A DNA stretch of 64,000 nt from an uncultured beta proteobacterium (GCA_963716855.1 CAVQUV010000011.1:64378-128377); one strand, 5' to 3'. Positions 41,336 to 49,997 are shown, numbered from the stretch's first letter. Program-made: numbers and translations. Notes: generated by a model not told the origin, from the sequence alone.

Positions 41336-41410
41336 ATGAGCAGCATCGTCTACATCGTAGGCTTGGTCGTCATCATCGTCGCTCTCTTGTCGTTTTTCGG
41401 GCTCCGCTGA
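41336..41410 (+). CDS. 24-aa hydrophobic peptide
   Basis: GAAGGAGA SD lies 5 nt upstream. MSSIVYIVGLVVIIVALLSFFGLR is a single TM helix. Confidence 0.45.
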   Translation: MSSIVYIVGLVVIIVALLSFFGLR

Positions 41411-41930
41411 AGCGCTAAGGACTACCTCGATCGGGGTACGCCCAGCCGCAGCCCCGCTGATGGGGCGGGTGACCGCCGTGCTGCCCCAACCGGGCGGCAC
41501 GGGAATGGCGTAGAGCTCGCGGCCACCGCTGGAATTGCGCCGGCGGTGCTGACTGGCGGCACTGTCGGGGTCGGCTGGCGACCCGCTCGCCGAGTACTCG
41601 TTAGTGAACAGGACTTAGGAGGACCTTGATGCGGTGTGCCGGCGCATCATCGCGCGGCAATGTGCGTTTCGTCGGCACCCCCGTGTCGAGCGGATAGACT
41701 CAGCGTCGAAGGGTCGACGATCCCGCAGATCGCGCGGCAAGCCGGTAGGGTTCGGAAGAACGTGCGCCGGTGCATTCGCAAGGCGCAGCAGGCCGTCGCT
41801 ACGAGCGCGGGGCTCCGTGATCCTCACCGGCGATTGCCGGTTGGCCTGGAGCGCGCCCCTGGACGGCATGCAGATTGGATCCCACGAGACGTTCCTCGGT
41901 CCGCTGCACGCCGCCGCATGCTGCTCACAA

Positions 41931-42752
41931 TCAGCGCGGACGGTTTGCGGCCTGATAGAGCGGCGTGACGGTCGGCAACAGCGACTCGATCTCCTGAACT
42001 CGAGCGGCGTCTGCCGGGTGGCTGCTCAGGAACACAGGCGGATTCCCGCCCGTGTTGGCAGCGATCATCTTCTTCCACAGCGAAACCCCGGCTCGCGGGT
42101 CATAGCCCGCCCGTGCCGCGAGCTCCAGACCGATGCGGTCGGCTTCGCTCTCGTCGCTGCGGCTGAACCGGGTTGCGATCAAGGTCTCGTAACCGACATT
42201 CGCAAGCCCGGCCGAGCCTTCGCCGAGGCCGAGCAGTGCGGCACCGACGCCGATCGCGGTCTGCGCGGCGATCGCTTGCGATAGGTGTTCACGCGAATGC
42301 TCGCGCAGGGCATGCGCGATTTCGTGGCCCATCACGATCGCAATCTCGTCGTCGGTCAGATGGAGCTGGTTGATCAGCCCGCTATAAAACATGATCTTCC
42401 CGCCGGGCATGCAGAACGCATTGAGCTGGTCACTGGTCAGCACGTTCACGTCCCACTTCCAGCCTGGCGCGTCGGGACGGAATACCTTGGTCTGCGGTTC
42501 GATGCGGCTGGCCACCGCGCGGACGCGTTGCACCATCGCGGGATCCCCGTTCAACGCGCCTTGGCGTGCTGCGTCTGACTTCAGCTTGGCGTAGCCTTCC
42601 GCGGCCATCTCCTCGAGCTGCTGCGAGGAGACGAGCATCAGTTGAGAGCGGTCGGCGCCGACCGCGCCACCCGTCGTGGTGGTCGCGCATCCGCCGAGCG
42701 CCCCTAGGCACGAGCCGAGCAGTATCGCCGCGAAGGTTCGAGAGGTAGACAT
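41931..42752 (-). CDS. M48-family zinc metalloprotease lipoprotein
   Basis: AGGAGA SD. MSTSRTFAAILLGSCLGALGGC lipobox and HEIAHALREH zinc motif. Confidence 0.85.
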   Translation of the reverse strand: MSTSRTFAAILLGSCLGALGGCATTTTGGAVGADRSQLMLVSSQQLEEMAAEGYAKLKSDAARQGALNGDPAMVQRVRAVASRIEPQTKVFRPDAPGWKWDVNVLTSDQLNAFCMPGGKIMFYSGLINQLHLTDDEIAIVMGHEIAHALREHSREHLSQAIAAQTAIGVGAALLGLGEGSAGLANVGYETLIATRFSRSDESEADRIGLELAARAGYDPRAGVSLWKKMIAANTGGNPPVFLSSHPADAARVQEIESLLPTVTPLYQAANRPR

Positions 42753-42870
42753 GATGATCTCCTGCTGTAGCCGGTTACTCGAGCCGCGTCTCACTCATGA
42801 CCGTTCTCACGCCCTTCCTGTATCGAGAGGGAGGTGCGACCCGACCGCGCTCCCCGGCCAGAAGGCCGCG

Positions 42871-43029
42871 TCACATATGGCCGGTGGCCAGCATGACGAC
42901 CACCACGACCGCCAGGAGCCCGACAATTCCGCTCGGTCCGTATCCCCATCCCTTGCTGTGTGGCCAGTTCGGAATTACGCCGAGCAGAGCGAGAATCAGA
43001 ACAATCAAGAGCACCGTTCCTAATGTCAT
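42871..43029 (-). CDS. DUF3309 small membrane protein (52 aa), copy 3
   Basis: AAGGAGA SD. MTLGTVLLIVLILALLGVIPNWPHSKGWGYGPSGIVGLLAVVVVVMLATGHM. Confidence 0.85.
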   Translation of the reverse strand: MTLGTVLLIVLILALLGVIPNWPHSKGWGYGPSGIVGLLAVVVVVMLATGHM

Positions 43030-43101
43030 TTCGTTTCTCCTTGTATCGCCGTTCACGACCCTGTCAAATCACACCCCTGTGAGCGGCGGATCGTTACGTC
43101 G

Positions 43102-43144
43102 ATTGTGCTCGCGCTCAGTGAGCCCCTCTGTGCGCTGTCGAACA
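43102..43144 (-). promoter_or_regulatory. box TGTGCGCTGTCGAACA (43129-43144), then 21 nt, then CACAAT (rc of 43102-43107): predicted promoter of DUF3309 copy 3
   Basis: 13/16 match to the palindromic consensus, with the same spacing rule. Confidence 0.5.
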
Positions 43145-43321
43145 CATGGCGGAAAAACTTTCCGGACCGGCAGGACTGCGCGCTCGAAATCGCGTCTATG
43201 TGTTCGAGTCGCGTAAGCGCTTCTTCGGGTACCTGATTGCGGTCGGCGGTACCGCCGCGCCGCTTTCCCCCGCTGTCATTCTCGTTCTCGATGCTGGTGA
43301 ACGGCTTTCCGTTCGGCGGAT

Positions 43322-43471
43322 CTACTTCAGGCGAATGTCCCCGAACAGTCCAAGTACCCCGACGATGATCAGGTAAGCGGCGACAATGTAGTTCAGCAAC
43401 CGGGGCGTGATCAGAATGAGAATGCCGGCGAGAAGCGATACCAGGGGGGCAAGGCTCAAGGTAATGTTCAT
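43322..43471 (-). CDS. DUF3096 small membrane protein (49 aa)
   Basis: MNITLSLAPLVSLLAGILILITPRLLNYIVAAYLIIVGVLGLFGDIRLK. AAGGAAG SD. Below the ORF-track cutoff. Confidence 0.8.
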   Translation of the reverse strand: MNITLSLAPLVSLLAGILILITPRLLNYIVAAYLIIVGVLGLFGDIRLK

Positions 43472-43510
43472 GGTGACTTCCTTTGCGCGCTAGAGTGAAT
43501 CGTGGCGCCG

Positions 43511-43554
43511 ATTGTCCCCCGGCCTTCCCGGGATGCTCTGTGCGCTCCCGTACG
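43511..43554 (-). promoter_or_regulatory. box TGTGCGCTCCCGTACG (43539-43554), then 22 nt, then GACAAT (rc of 43511-43516): predicted promoter of the DUF3096 gene
   Basis: The left half TCTGTGCGCT is identical to the boxes at 44390 and 57000. Confidence 0.45.
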
Positions 43555-43682
43555 CACCACGAGGAATCTTCGCCGTAGTCTTGACGCTCTCTCTCAGCGG
43601 CACCCCTAGGGCTCCCTTCAACGCGCCCTGCGATCGCGTCGAGTCTCTTAACCCGGCCGGCGATCTGCCCGGGCACGCACTA

Positions 43683-43725
43683 TGTGCGCTGACAGACAGA
43701 CCGTGGAAAACCTTCCCGGTATCGT
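43683..43725 (+). promoter_or_regulatory. box TGTGCGCTGACAGACA (43683-43698), then 21 nt, then TATCGT (43720-43725): predicted promoter of the lmo0937-family gene
   Basis: Conserved TGTGCGCT half-site and exact 21-nt spacing. Confidence 0.5.
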
Positions 43726-43800
43726 TGAGCCATTCGAGCCGACAACAGGCTTGCAACGCGCGCGCCGGGTCGATGCTCGAACAGAATTAGGATCATTGCC

Positions 43801-43950
43801 ATGCTCTATACGATCGTCGCTGTCCTGCTTATCCTGTGGCTCCTGGGGTTAATCACCTCGTTCACCATGGGCGGTTTCATTCACGCCCTTCTGGTAATCG
43901 CCATCGTGGTCGTCCTGTTCAGAGTCATTAGCGGACGAAGTCCCGTGTAG
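43801..43950 (+). CDS. lmo0937-family small membrane protein (49 aa)
   Basis: MLYTIVAVLLILWLLGLITSFTMGGFIHALLVIAIVVVLFRVISGRSPV. Below the ORF-track cutoff. Confidence 0.8.
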   Translation: MLYTIVAVLLILWLLGLITSFTMGGFIHALLVIAIVVVLFRVISGRSPV

Positions 43951-43987
43951 CGATTTCGCGGCCCCAGCAAGAGGATCGGAAAGAAGG

Positions 43988-44215
43988 GTGACTTCCGTGT
44001 CGGTCAGCGGCAGAGGATCCCATCGGCAACGCGCCATCGAGCTCCTGGCTCGGGAATCGCGCGTGCCGATCAGTGAGGTGGCACAACTCTTCGAAGACGA
44101 ACGGGCGGGGCTTGCGGTTGATGCGCGCATCACCCGCTTTCTTCCCATTCTTGCCCTCCGAAAAGTCCGGGCATTGCTGCGTCAGCGCAGCATCGGCATA
44201 CGGGCACCTGCGTAG
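43988..44215 (+). CDS. small hypothetical protein (75 aa), tentatively DUF3562-like
   Basis: GTG start. ..IELLARESRVPISEVAQLFEDERAGLAVDARITRFLPILALRKVRALLRQ. Family assignment is from memory only. Confidence 0.4.
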   Translation: MTSVSVSGRGSHRQRAIELLARESRVPISEVAQLFEDERAGLAVDARITRFLPILALRKVRALLRQRSIGIRAPA

Positions 44216-44389
44216 GAAGCCGGAGCGGCTCGCCGAGTCGCGACGGTCACCGCGGGGTCCCGCTAGGCATTGGATTGCGCCGGGCGCGCCGGTAACCTTC
44301 CGAACGGCCATCGTCCGATCGACAGCGGTCGCCGTATCGCGGCCGAATCACGCCGAACAGCCCACTCGCCAGCCCTCTCTGTGCGCTTG

Positions 44390-44405
44390 CGCACTGAGAG
44401 TGTTA
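44390..44405 (+). promoter_or_regulatory. box TGTGCGCTTGCGCACT, 29 nt upstream of the Crp paralogue 2 start and only 8 nt from a TACCCT hexamer (likely autoregulatory operator)
   Basis: 14/16 match to the consensus. Its geometry differs from the other eight boxes. Confidence 0.5.
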
Positions 44406-44433
44406 CCCTGCCTCTGGCGGTTTCGAACATCGA

Positions 44434-45168
44434 ATGGATATGGCAGCAGCGGCTGCGCCGAGAACTCCCGAAACGAACAGGCTCCTAGCGGTCCTGCCGT
44501 CGGCCGCCCGCGAACACCTCTATCCCCACCTCGAGCCGGTCTCGATGGCGCTCGGGGAGGTCGTCTACGAATCGGGTAGCCGGCAGGACTACGTCTACTT
44601 CCCCACGACCTCGATCGTGTCCCTGCTCTACGTCATGGAGGACGGGTCGTCCGCCGAAATTGCCGTGGTGGGCAACGAGGGAATGGTCGGTGTTTCACTC
44701 TTCATGGGAGGTGAGACCACCCCGAGCCGCGCCATCGTGCAGAGCGCCGGCGCGGCGTTCCGGCTTTCGGGGAAGCTGCTGAAGCGCGAATTCACTCGCG
44801 CCGGACCGATGCAGCATCTGTTGCTGCGCTATACCCAGGCATTGCTGACGCAGATGGCGCAGACGGCGGTCTGCAACCGGCATCATTCGGTGGATCAACA
44901 GCTCTGCCGGTGGCTGCTGCTGAGTCTCGATCGACTGCCCTCCAACAAGCTGACCATGACGCAGGAATTGATCGCCAATATGCTCGGGGTCCGCCGCGAA
45001 GGGGTCACGGAAGCCGCCGGGAAGTTGCAGGGCGCCGGCTTGATCCGCTACAGCCGTGGCCGCATCACGGTGCTGGATCGGCCGGGACTGGAGGCCCGGG
45101 CTTGCGAGTGCTACGACGTGGTCAAGCGGGAGTCCGATCGCCTGCTCCCCAATATGCTCGCGACGTGA
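44434..45168 (+). CDS. Crp/Fnr-family transcriptional regulator (paralogue 2)
   Basis: 244 aa. cNMP-binding fold (..YVYFPTTSIVSLLYVMEDGSSAEIAVVGNEGMVG..) and C-terminal HTH NMLGVRREGVTEAAGKLQGAGLI. Confidence 0.9.
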   Translation: MDMAAAAAPRTPETNRLLAVLPSAAREHLYPHLEPVSMALGEVVYESGSRQDYVYFPTTSIVSLLYVMEDGSSAEIAVVGNEGMVGVSLFMGGETTPSRAIVQSAGAAFRLSGKLLKREFTRAGPMQHLLLRYTQALLTQMAQTAVCNRHHSVDQQLCRWLLLSLDRLPSNKLTMTQELIANMLGVRREGVTEAAGKLQGAGLIRYSRGRITVLDRPGLEARACECYDVVKRESDRLLPNMLAT

Positions 45169-45302
45169 TCCCTGCGGAGGCGCCCCTCCGCGCCCCCGCT
45201 CAGTCCAACGCGTTGTGCTCGGGCGGAAAGAAATGCCGCCGCTCGACCCACTTGAAGCCTCGTGCTTCGTGATCGCCGCAATCTCGATCGGTCCACCCAC
45301 CT

Positions 45303-45512
45303 AAACCGCCGTCGCAGGTCCTTCAGTAAGGTGTCGATCGACTCGTTGCCGATGCCGCCGGCGCCCGTCACCATCGCGCCGATGGGCAGCCCCTTCCTGA
45401 GGTTCACGATCTTCTGGGCGTGGTGATAGATCATGCCACTGGCGAAGGAGCTGGCGCTGTCCGCGGCCATGACGACACCGTCGTTGATCTTCACCGACAC
45501 GAGTACGGTCAT
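45303..45512 (-). pseudogene. proteasome-beta/HslV-like Ntn hydrolase, N-terminal 70 codons only (truncated or frameshifted)
   Basis: MTVLVSVKINDGVVMAADSASSFASGMIYHHAQKIVNLRKGLPIGAMVTGAGGIGNESIDTLLKDLRRRF. Compare the HslV N-terminus (M)TTIVSVRRNGHVVIAGDGQ. Starts 7 nt after the stop of Crp paralogue 3. The sequence loses coherence after about 45300. Confidence 0.5.
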
Positions 45513-45519
45513 CGCTGCG

Positions 45520-46200
45520 CTAGCAGAGGATGCGGTCGTACACGTTTTCCGCCGACCGATAGCACCCGCAGGCGGCCGCTTCCAGGCCGCGGCGAGCAAG
45601 GACCGTGATGTTGCCGCGGCGGTAGCGAATCAGCTTTCGCCTCTGCAGCGCCCCTGCCGCCTTGGTGACACCGACCCGGCGCACCCCGAGCATGTCGGCG
45701 AGGAGCTCGTGGGTCAGATGGAACTCGTCCGCGTGGGCCCGGTCGTGCGTCATCAGCAGCCAGCGGGCGAGGCGCGCCTCCAGTAGGTGGAAGCGCGTAC
45801 ACGCGGCCGTCTGCGCGAGCTGCGCCATCGTCACGTAGAGGTAGCGATTCAGTTCGCGCTGCAGGGCAGCGCTGATGGCGAGCTCGCGCAGGAACGGCGC
45901 AGCATCCATTCGCATCGCGGCGCCCGAGCCCTGGACCAGCGCGCGGAGGGGTGAGACGTCGACGCCTAGCATGAACGTGATCCCGAGCATGCCTTCACTG
46001 CCAACGAGCCCCACTTCCAGGCTCGTGCAGCCGTCGCGCGGCGTCAGCAGCGAGATGAAGCCCTCGGTGGGGAAGTAGACGTGCCGGATCCGGTCGCCGG
46101 GCTCGCAGAGCACATCGGCGAACGCGAGCTCGACCCGCTCGCAGCCCGCAAGCAAATGCTCGCGGTCCTTGCGGGGCAACGCCGCAATCAGAGCATTCAT
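45520..46200 (-). CDS. Crp/Fnr-family transcriptional regulator (paralogue 3)
   Basis: Start [17 protein letters not shown]. ..[34 protein letters not shown].. and [26 protein letters not shown]. 226 aa. Confidence 0.85.
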   Translation of the reverse strand: MNALIAALPRKDREHLLAGCERVELAFADVLCEPGDRIRHVYFPTEGFISLLTPRDGCTSLEVGLVGSEGMLGITFMLGVDVSPLRALVQGSGAAMRMDAAPFLRELAISAALQRELNRYLYVTMAQLAQTAACTRFHLLEARLARWLLMTHDRAHADEFHLTHELLADMLGVRRVGVTKAAGALQRRKLIRYRRGNITVLARRGLEAAACGCYRSAENVYDRILC

Positions 46201-46276
46201 GGCGGGGACGCGCCGCGTGGACGACACTGAAGACTCTCCCGAAGGCTTGAGGGAACTCGTCAGAGGGCAGGAGAAG

Positions 46277-46319
46277 AACGTACAGGAGAATCGAGCTCCA
46301 GTACGTTCGCTAGCGCACG
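46277..46319 (-). promoter_or_regulatory. box CGTGCGCTAGCGAACG (rc of 46304-46319), then 21 nt, then TACGTT (rc of 46277-46282): predicted promoter of Crp paralogue 3
   Basis: Nearly identical to the box in front of paralogue 1 (GTTCGCTAGCGYACGGAGC shared). Confidence 0.55.
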
Positions 46320-46481
46320 GAGCGGAGAAGCATTTCGGCGTATCAATGCAACACTGGTAGCGCGGCTCAAGGACCTCAACCCCGAGACGATCATGGCCGT
46401 CGGCCACACCGACCGCCTCGGTTCACAGCTACAACCAGCGCAGCAACTCCGGACTCTTATTCCGGAAGAGGAAGAGAAGAC

Positions 46482-46727
46482 ATGGAATTTCTCTGGTTCA
46501 TACTGATTGGCATGGCTGCCGGATGGCTGGCGGGACAGTACATGGGTGACGGCGGCTTCGGCGTTGTCGGCGACATCGTAATGGGCGTAGCGGGCGCCAT
46601 GGTCGGCGGGTATCTATTCCATCAGCTCGGCCTGTCTGCCGGGGGCGGGCTGATCGGCGCCTTGATCGTTGCGACGATCGGCGCGGTGGTCCTGCTATTC
46701 ATGGGCCGCATGGTCAAGCGCGCCTAG
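46482..46727 (+). CDS. GlsB/YeaQ/YmgE-family stress membrane protein
   Basis: MEFLWFILIGMAAGWLAGQYMGDGGFGVVGDIVMGVAGAMVGGYLF.., 81 aa. Confidence 0.85.
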   Translation: MEFLWFILIGMAAGWLAGQYMGDGGFGVVGDIVMGVAGAMVGGYLFHQLGLSAGGGLIGALIVATIGAVVLLFMGRMVKRA

Positions 46728-49700
46728 CACCGGTCGATCGCAGCCGCGCCTCGAGTCCCGATGATCCGAGGCTCGCAGTGATCGCCTCCACGATCGCGTG
46801 CGCCTGGGCTTCGTGGTGCTGCGCGGCGTCGCGCCTGCCCTGGGCGGCGCAGGCTCGAGCCAGCGCGATCGCCGTATCCCACTGAAGCCGCGTTCGGCCG
46901 ATGCCCTCGGCAAGGGCTGCCGCCCGCGACAATTCGGCGTGCGCCGCCGCGCTGTCGTTCTCGGCGAGCAGCGCCTCGCCCCGCCAGCGCCGCGCACTCG
47001 CCTCGAGTTCGCGCAGGCCATTTGCCTCGGCGAGCGCGAGCAGCTCGTCCCCGAACGCCCGGCAGCGACGCGGGTCGCCCTGGGCGAGCGCGACCTCCGC
47101 CAGCCCTTCGAGGCACCGGGTCATCATGTAGCGCTCGCAGGCGCGCCGCGACTGGTCGAGCGCGGCCTCCAAGGCGGGCGCAACGTTCCCCTGTCCGAGC
47201 CGCGCCCGTGCGATCGCGAGGTTCGCGTCGATGCCTGTGCGCCAGAACATGATGCCGGCGTCGCGCCCGAGCGCGAGCCCGCGCTCCATGTACTCCGCCG
47301 CCTGCTCGTGCAGATCGAGGTCGAGCAGCAGATGCCCCAGAAAATCGTAGGCGATGAGCTGATAGCGCACGTGCTTCAGGCTCTGCAGCCAGCGCAGCGT
47401 CTTCACCATGCCGGCCCACGCTTCGCCGTAATGCCCGGTGCAAGCCCGCACGTGGTCGAGCCCGAGCAGCGTCGGACCCATGTGCCACTGCAAGTCCGCA
47501 GCCCGCGCGATCTCGAGCGCCGCCTCCAAATTCACCAGCGCGCGCGGATAGTCGCCGAGTCCCTTGGCCCCGGTGCAGGCGTGCCCGATCATCATCAGGT
47601 TCTCGGACTCGTAGCTCTTGTCGCCGATGCCGCGGGCGAGCTCGAGCGACCGCGTGTAGCACCGGATTGCCGCGGCGGGCTCCGCGTTCGCGAAGTGCGC
47701 CTCGCCACGGCCGTGATAGGCCTGCACCGCCACGAGATCCGTGAGCGCGGTGCGCTCGCAGATCTCGACCGCCTCCTGGTGAAACCCGATTGCCTGCTCG
47801 TTCCGCCCGGTACTCCACGTAACGGTGCCAAGGTGATACAGGGTATCGGCCGCATGGCGCTCGTCGTTCATGGCGCGCGATTCCTTCAGCGCATCGGTCA
47901 GGCAGGCCGTCGCCTCCTCGTATGCGTCGGCGCGCCGATACGCCATGCCGAGCTGGATCAGCGCCTCGCGCGCCTTCTCGCGCTCGCCGCTCGCGCGGGC
48001 GGCGTCGATGACGCGGCGAATGTCGGCGACGGCGCCTTCGGTCTGTCCGGCTTGCGCGCGCGCCGCGCCGCGCCGCTCGTAGAGCGCGAGCCGCGAACGC
48101 TCGTCCAGCGCTTCCGCATGCGCCGCGGACAGCGCGACCGCGCGATCGAACCAGTGCAGCGCGTCGCGCATCGCGAAGAGCGCCTGGGAGCGCTCGCCGG
48201 CGAGGACAAGGTACTCGAGCGCTTTTGACCAGACGTGAGCCCGCTCGTAGTGCTCCGCCAGCCGGGCATCGCGCTCGTGCGCTTCGCCTTCGCCGCGGCG
48301 CTCCAGGGCTTCCGCCACCGACCGATGCAGCAGCCTGCGCCGAGCCCCGCCGATGTCCCGATAGACCACTTCGCGCACCTTGTCGTGGCTGAAGTCGTAC
48401 ACCCCGCCTTCGCCTTCCTCGCGCAACAGGCGGCGCTTCACGAGCGCCTCCACCGCGTCGAGCAGCTCCCCTTCCGGCGCGCGCGTCACGGCGAGCAGGG
48501 TGTCGAAGTCGAAGCGCCGGCCGAGGACCGCCGCGGTTTCGAGCGTCGGCCGAAATTCGTTGGGCACGTGCGCGAGCCGCGCGCGCACGGCGGCGCGCAA
48601 TGCGCCCGGGAGCAATCCGGGGTCGTCGCTCGTGCGCGGTTCCAGTTGTGTCTCGCCCTCGCCAAGCGATTGCAGGATCGACATCAAGAAGAAGGGATTT
48701 CCTTCGGTTTCGCGATGCAGGCGCGCGGCCAGTCCCGGCGCAACGAGCGTCGCATCGCCGAGTGCCGCCACCAGGGCCTCGGCATCGGCGAGGTCGAATC
48801 GCGCGAGCGGCACGCGGCGGGCGCCGGCCTCGCGGCGCAGGCTCTCGACGAGGCGCGCGAGCCGCTCGTCGCTGTCGAGCTCATCGTCGCGATACGCGTA
48901 GATCACGAGCGCCGGTCGTTCGGCGACGTGTCGCGCGAGGTAGTGGAGCACCTGGGCGCTCGCCTCGTCGGCCCACTGAATATCGTCCACCATCAGAATG
49001 AGCGGCCGACCCTCTCTCGACGCCTCGAGGACCTGGCCCACCGCGCGCGACAGGCGAGCCTGGCGTGCCTCGGGAAAATCGCGCGACAGCTGCGGCAGAT
49101 CCGGAAATCGCTCGGCCACCGCGGGAACCAGTGCAGCGAGCTCCGCGAGCGAGACGGGCGCGATATTGCGCAGCGCGGCCGGGGACGCGCGGTCGAGCGC
49201 CCGCGTGACGAGGTCGACCACGGGCTGATAGGGGATCGCCCGCTCGATCTCGTAGCAGTTGGTCGCGAGCGTGGGCAGGCCCTGGGCTTCCGCATAGCGT
49301 GCGACCTCGCGCATCAACCGGCTCTTGCCGATACCCGGCTCGCCTTCGAGCAGGACGGTGTGCCCGGCGCCGGCGGTGAGGCGCGCGATGAGCCCGATGA
49401 GCAGGCCGTACTCGTTGCTTCGGCCGACAAAGGGTGCGGAATCGCTCGCGGCGCCCATCGCAGGATCGGGCGGGGCGTTGATCGAAGCGGCGGCGCTCGC
49501 GTCGGTGCCGACCGGCAGGGCGTCAAGGTGCAGGCGGTTCGCGGCCCGCACCGCACGTGCCGCATCGAGGAAGTCGCGCCGCTCCTCCGCCGGTATGGCG
49601 AGCGCCGCGGCGAGCCGTTCGGCGAGCGGGCGAGAGGGCCTGCGCTCGTCGGCTTCGATCTTCCGGATCGCGAAGCCCGAGCAGCTGACCCGCTGGGCAA

Positions 49701-49776
49701 GCGCCTCCTGGGTGAGATCCAGCGCCTTGCGGCGACGCCGCAGCCAATAGCCGAAGGAAACCGCCCGATCCTGCAC
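46714..49776 (-). CDS. XRE-type HTH, STAND/AAA_16 ATPase and TPR signal-transduction regulator (1020 aa)
   Basis: GTG start. N-terminal FGYWLRRRRKALDLTQEALAQRVSCSGFAIRKIEADERRPS HTH, Walker A GEPGIGKS, Walker B LILMVDDIQWAD, and long C-terminal TPR-like helical repeats. Confidence 0.85.
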   Translation of the reverse strand: MQDRAVSFGYWLRRRRKALDLTQEALAQRVSCSGFAIRKIEADERRPSRPLAERLAAALAIPAEERRDFLDAARAVRAANRLHLDALPVGTDASAAASINAPPDPAMGAASDSAPFVGRSNEYGLLIGLIARLTAGAGHTVLLEGEPGIGKSRLMREVARYAEAQGLPTLATNCYEIERAIPYQPVVDLVTRALDRASPAALRNIAPVSLAELAALVPAVAERFPDLPQLSRDFPEARQARLSRAVGQVLEASREGRPLILMVDDIQWADEASAQVLHYLARHVAERPALVIYAYRDDELDSDERLARLVESLRREAGARRVPLARFDLADAEALVAALGDATLVAPGLAARLHRETEGNPFFLMSILQSLGEGETQLEPRTSDDPGLLPGALRAAVRARLAHVPNEFRPTLETAAVLGRRFDFDTLLAVTRAPEGELLDAVEALVKRRLLREEGEGGVYDFSHDKVREVVYRDIGGARRRLLHRSVAEALERRGEGEAHERDARLAEHYERAHVWSKALEYLVLAGERSQALFAMRDALHWFDRAVALSAAHAEALDERSRLALYERRGAARAQAGQTEGAVADIRRVIDAARASGEREKAREALIQLGMAYRRADAYEEATACLTDALKESRAMNDERHAADTLYHLGTVTWSTGRNEQAIGFHQEAVEICERTALTDLVAVQAYHGRGEAHFANAEPAAAIRCYTRSLELARGIGDKSYESENLMMIGHACTGAKGLGDYPRALVNLEAALEIARAADLQWHMGPTLLGLDHVRACTGHYGEAWAGMVKTLRWLQSLKHVRYQLIAYDFLGHLLLDLDLHEQAAEYMERGLALGRDAGIMFWRTGIDANLAIARARLGQGNVAPALEAALDQSRRACERYMMTRCLEGLAEVALAQGDPRRCRAFGDELLALAEANGLRELEASARRWRGEALLAENDSAAAHAELSRAAALAEGIGRTRLQWDTAIALARACAAQGRRDAAQHHEAQAHAIVEAITASLGSSGLEARLRSTGARRA

Positions 49777-49821
49777 GCCCTCTGAACCCCCGTAGCCTCA
49801 ATGCGCCTGACGCAGGCGGCA

Positions 49822-49882
49822 TTGTCCCCGCTATTGTCCCGCCCTTTGTCCCGCTTTGCGGGACCCTGTCCCCGTCTCCCGT
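49822..49882. promoter_or_regulatory. iteron-like array: TTGTCCCCGC (49822), TTGTCCCGCC (49834), TTGTCCCGC (49846) with inverted partner GCGGGAC (49858-49864), CTGTCCCCG (49866), GTCTCCCG (49873)
   Basis: The first three direct repeats are phased 12 bp apart. The array lies in the divergent intergenic region between the STAND regulator and the methyltransferase gene. Confidence 0.55.
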
Positions 49883-49997
49883 GCCGTGAAATGGCGGCAC
49901 GTCGATCGGCGACTCCAAACCCGAATCCGACGCTGAGCAACAGGACCACGCTACCGCACTGAAACAAACCTCCATCCAACTCACCAGGAGAACAGTC

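Noticed and set aside
41690-41790. An HTH-like peptide, LSVEGSTIPQIARQAGRVRKNVRRCIRKA, which could be a relic of a transposase or resolvase N-terminus (IS remnant).
   Set aside because: It is only about 30 codons long. No inverted repeats, DDE or serine-recombinase domain, or target duplication are visible. This is too weak to call a mobile element.
49822-49882. The TTGTCCCGC repeats as a mini CRISPR array.
   Set aside because: The repeats are only 9-10 bp with 2-3 bp gaps, so there are no spacers. No cas genes are present. The position between divergent promoters fits an operator array.
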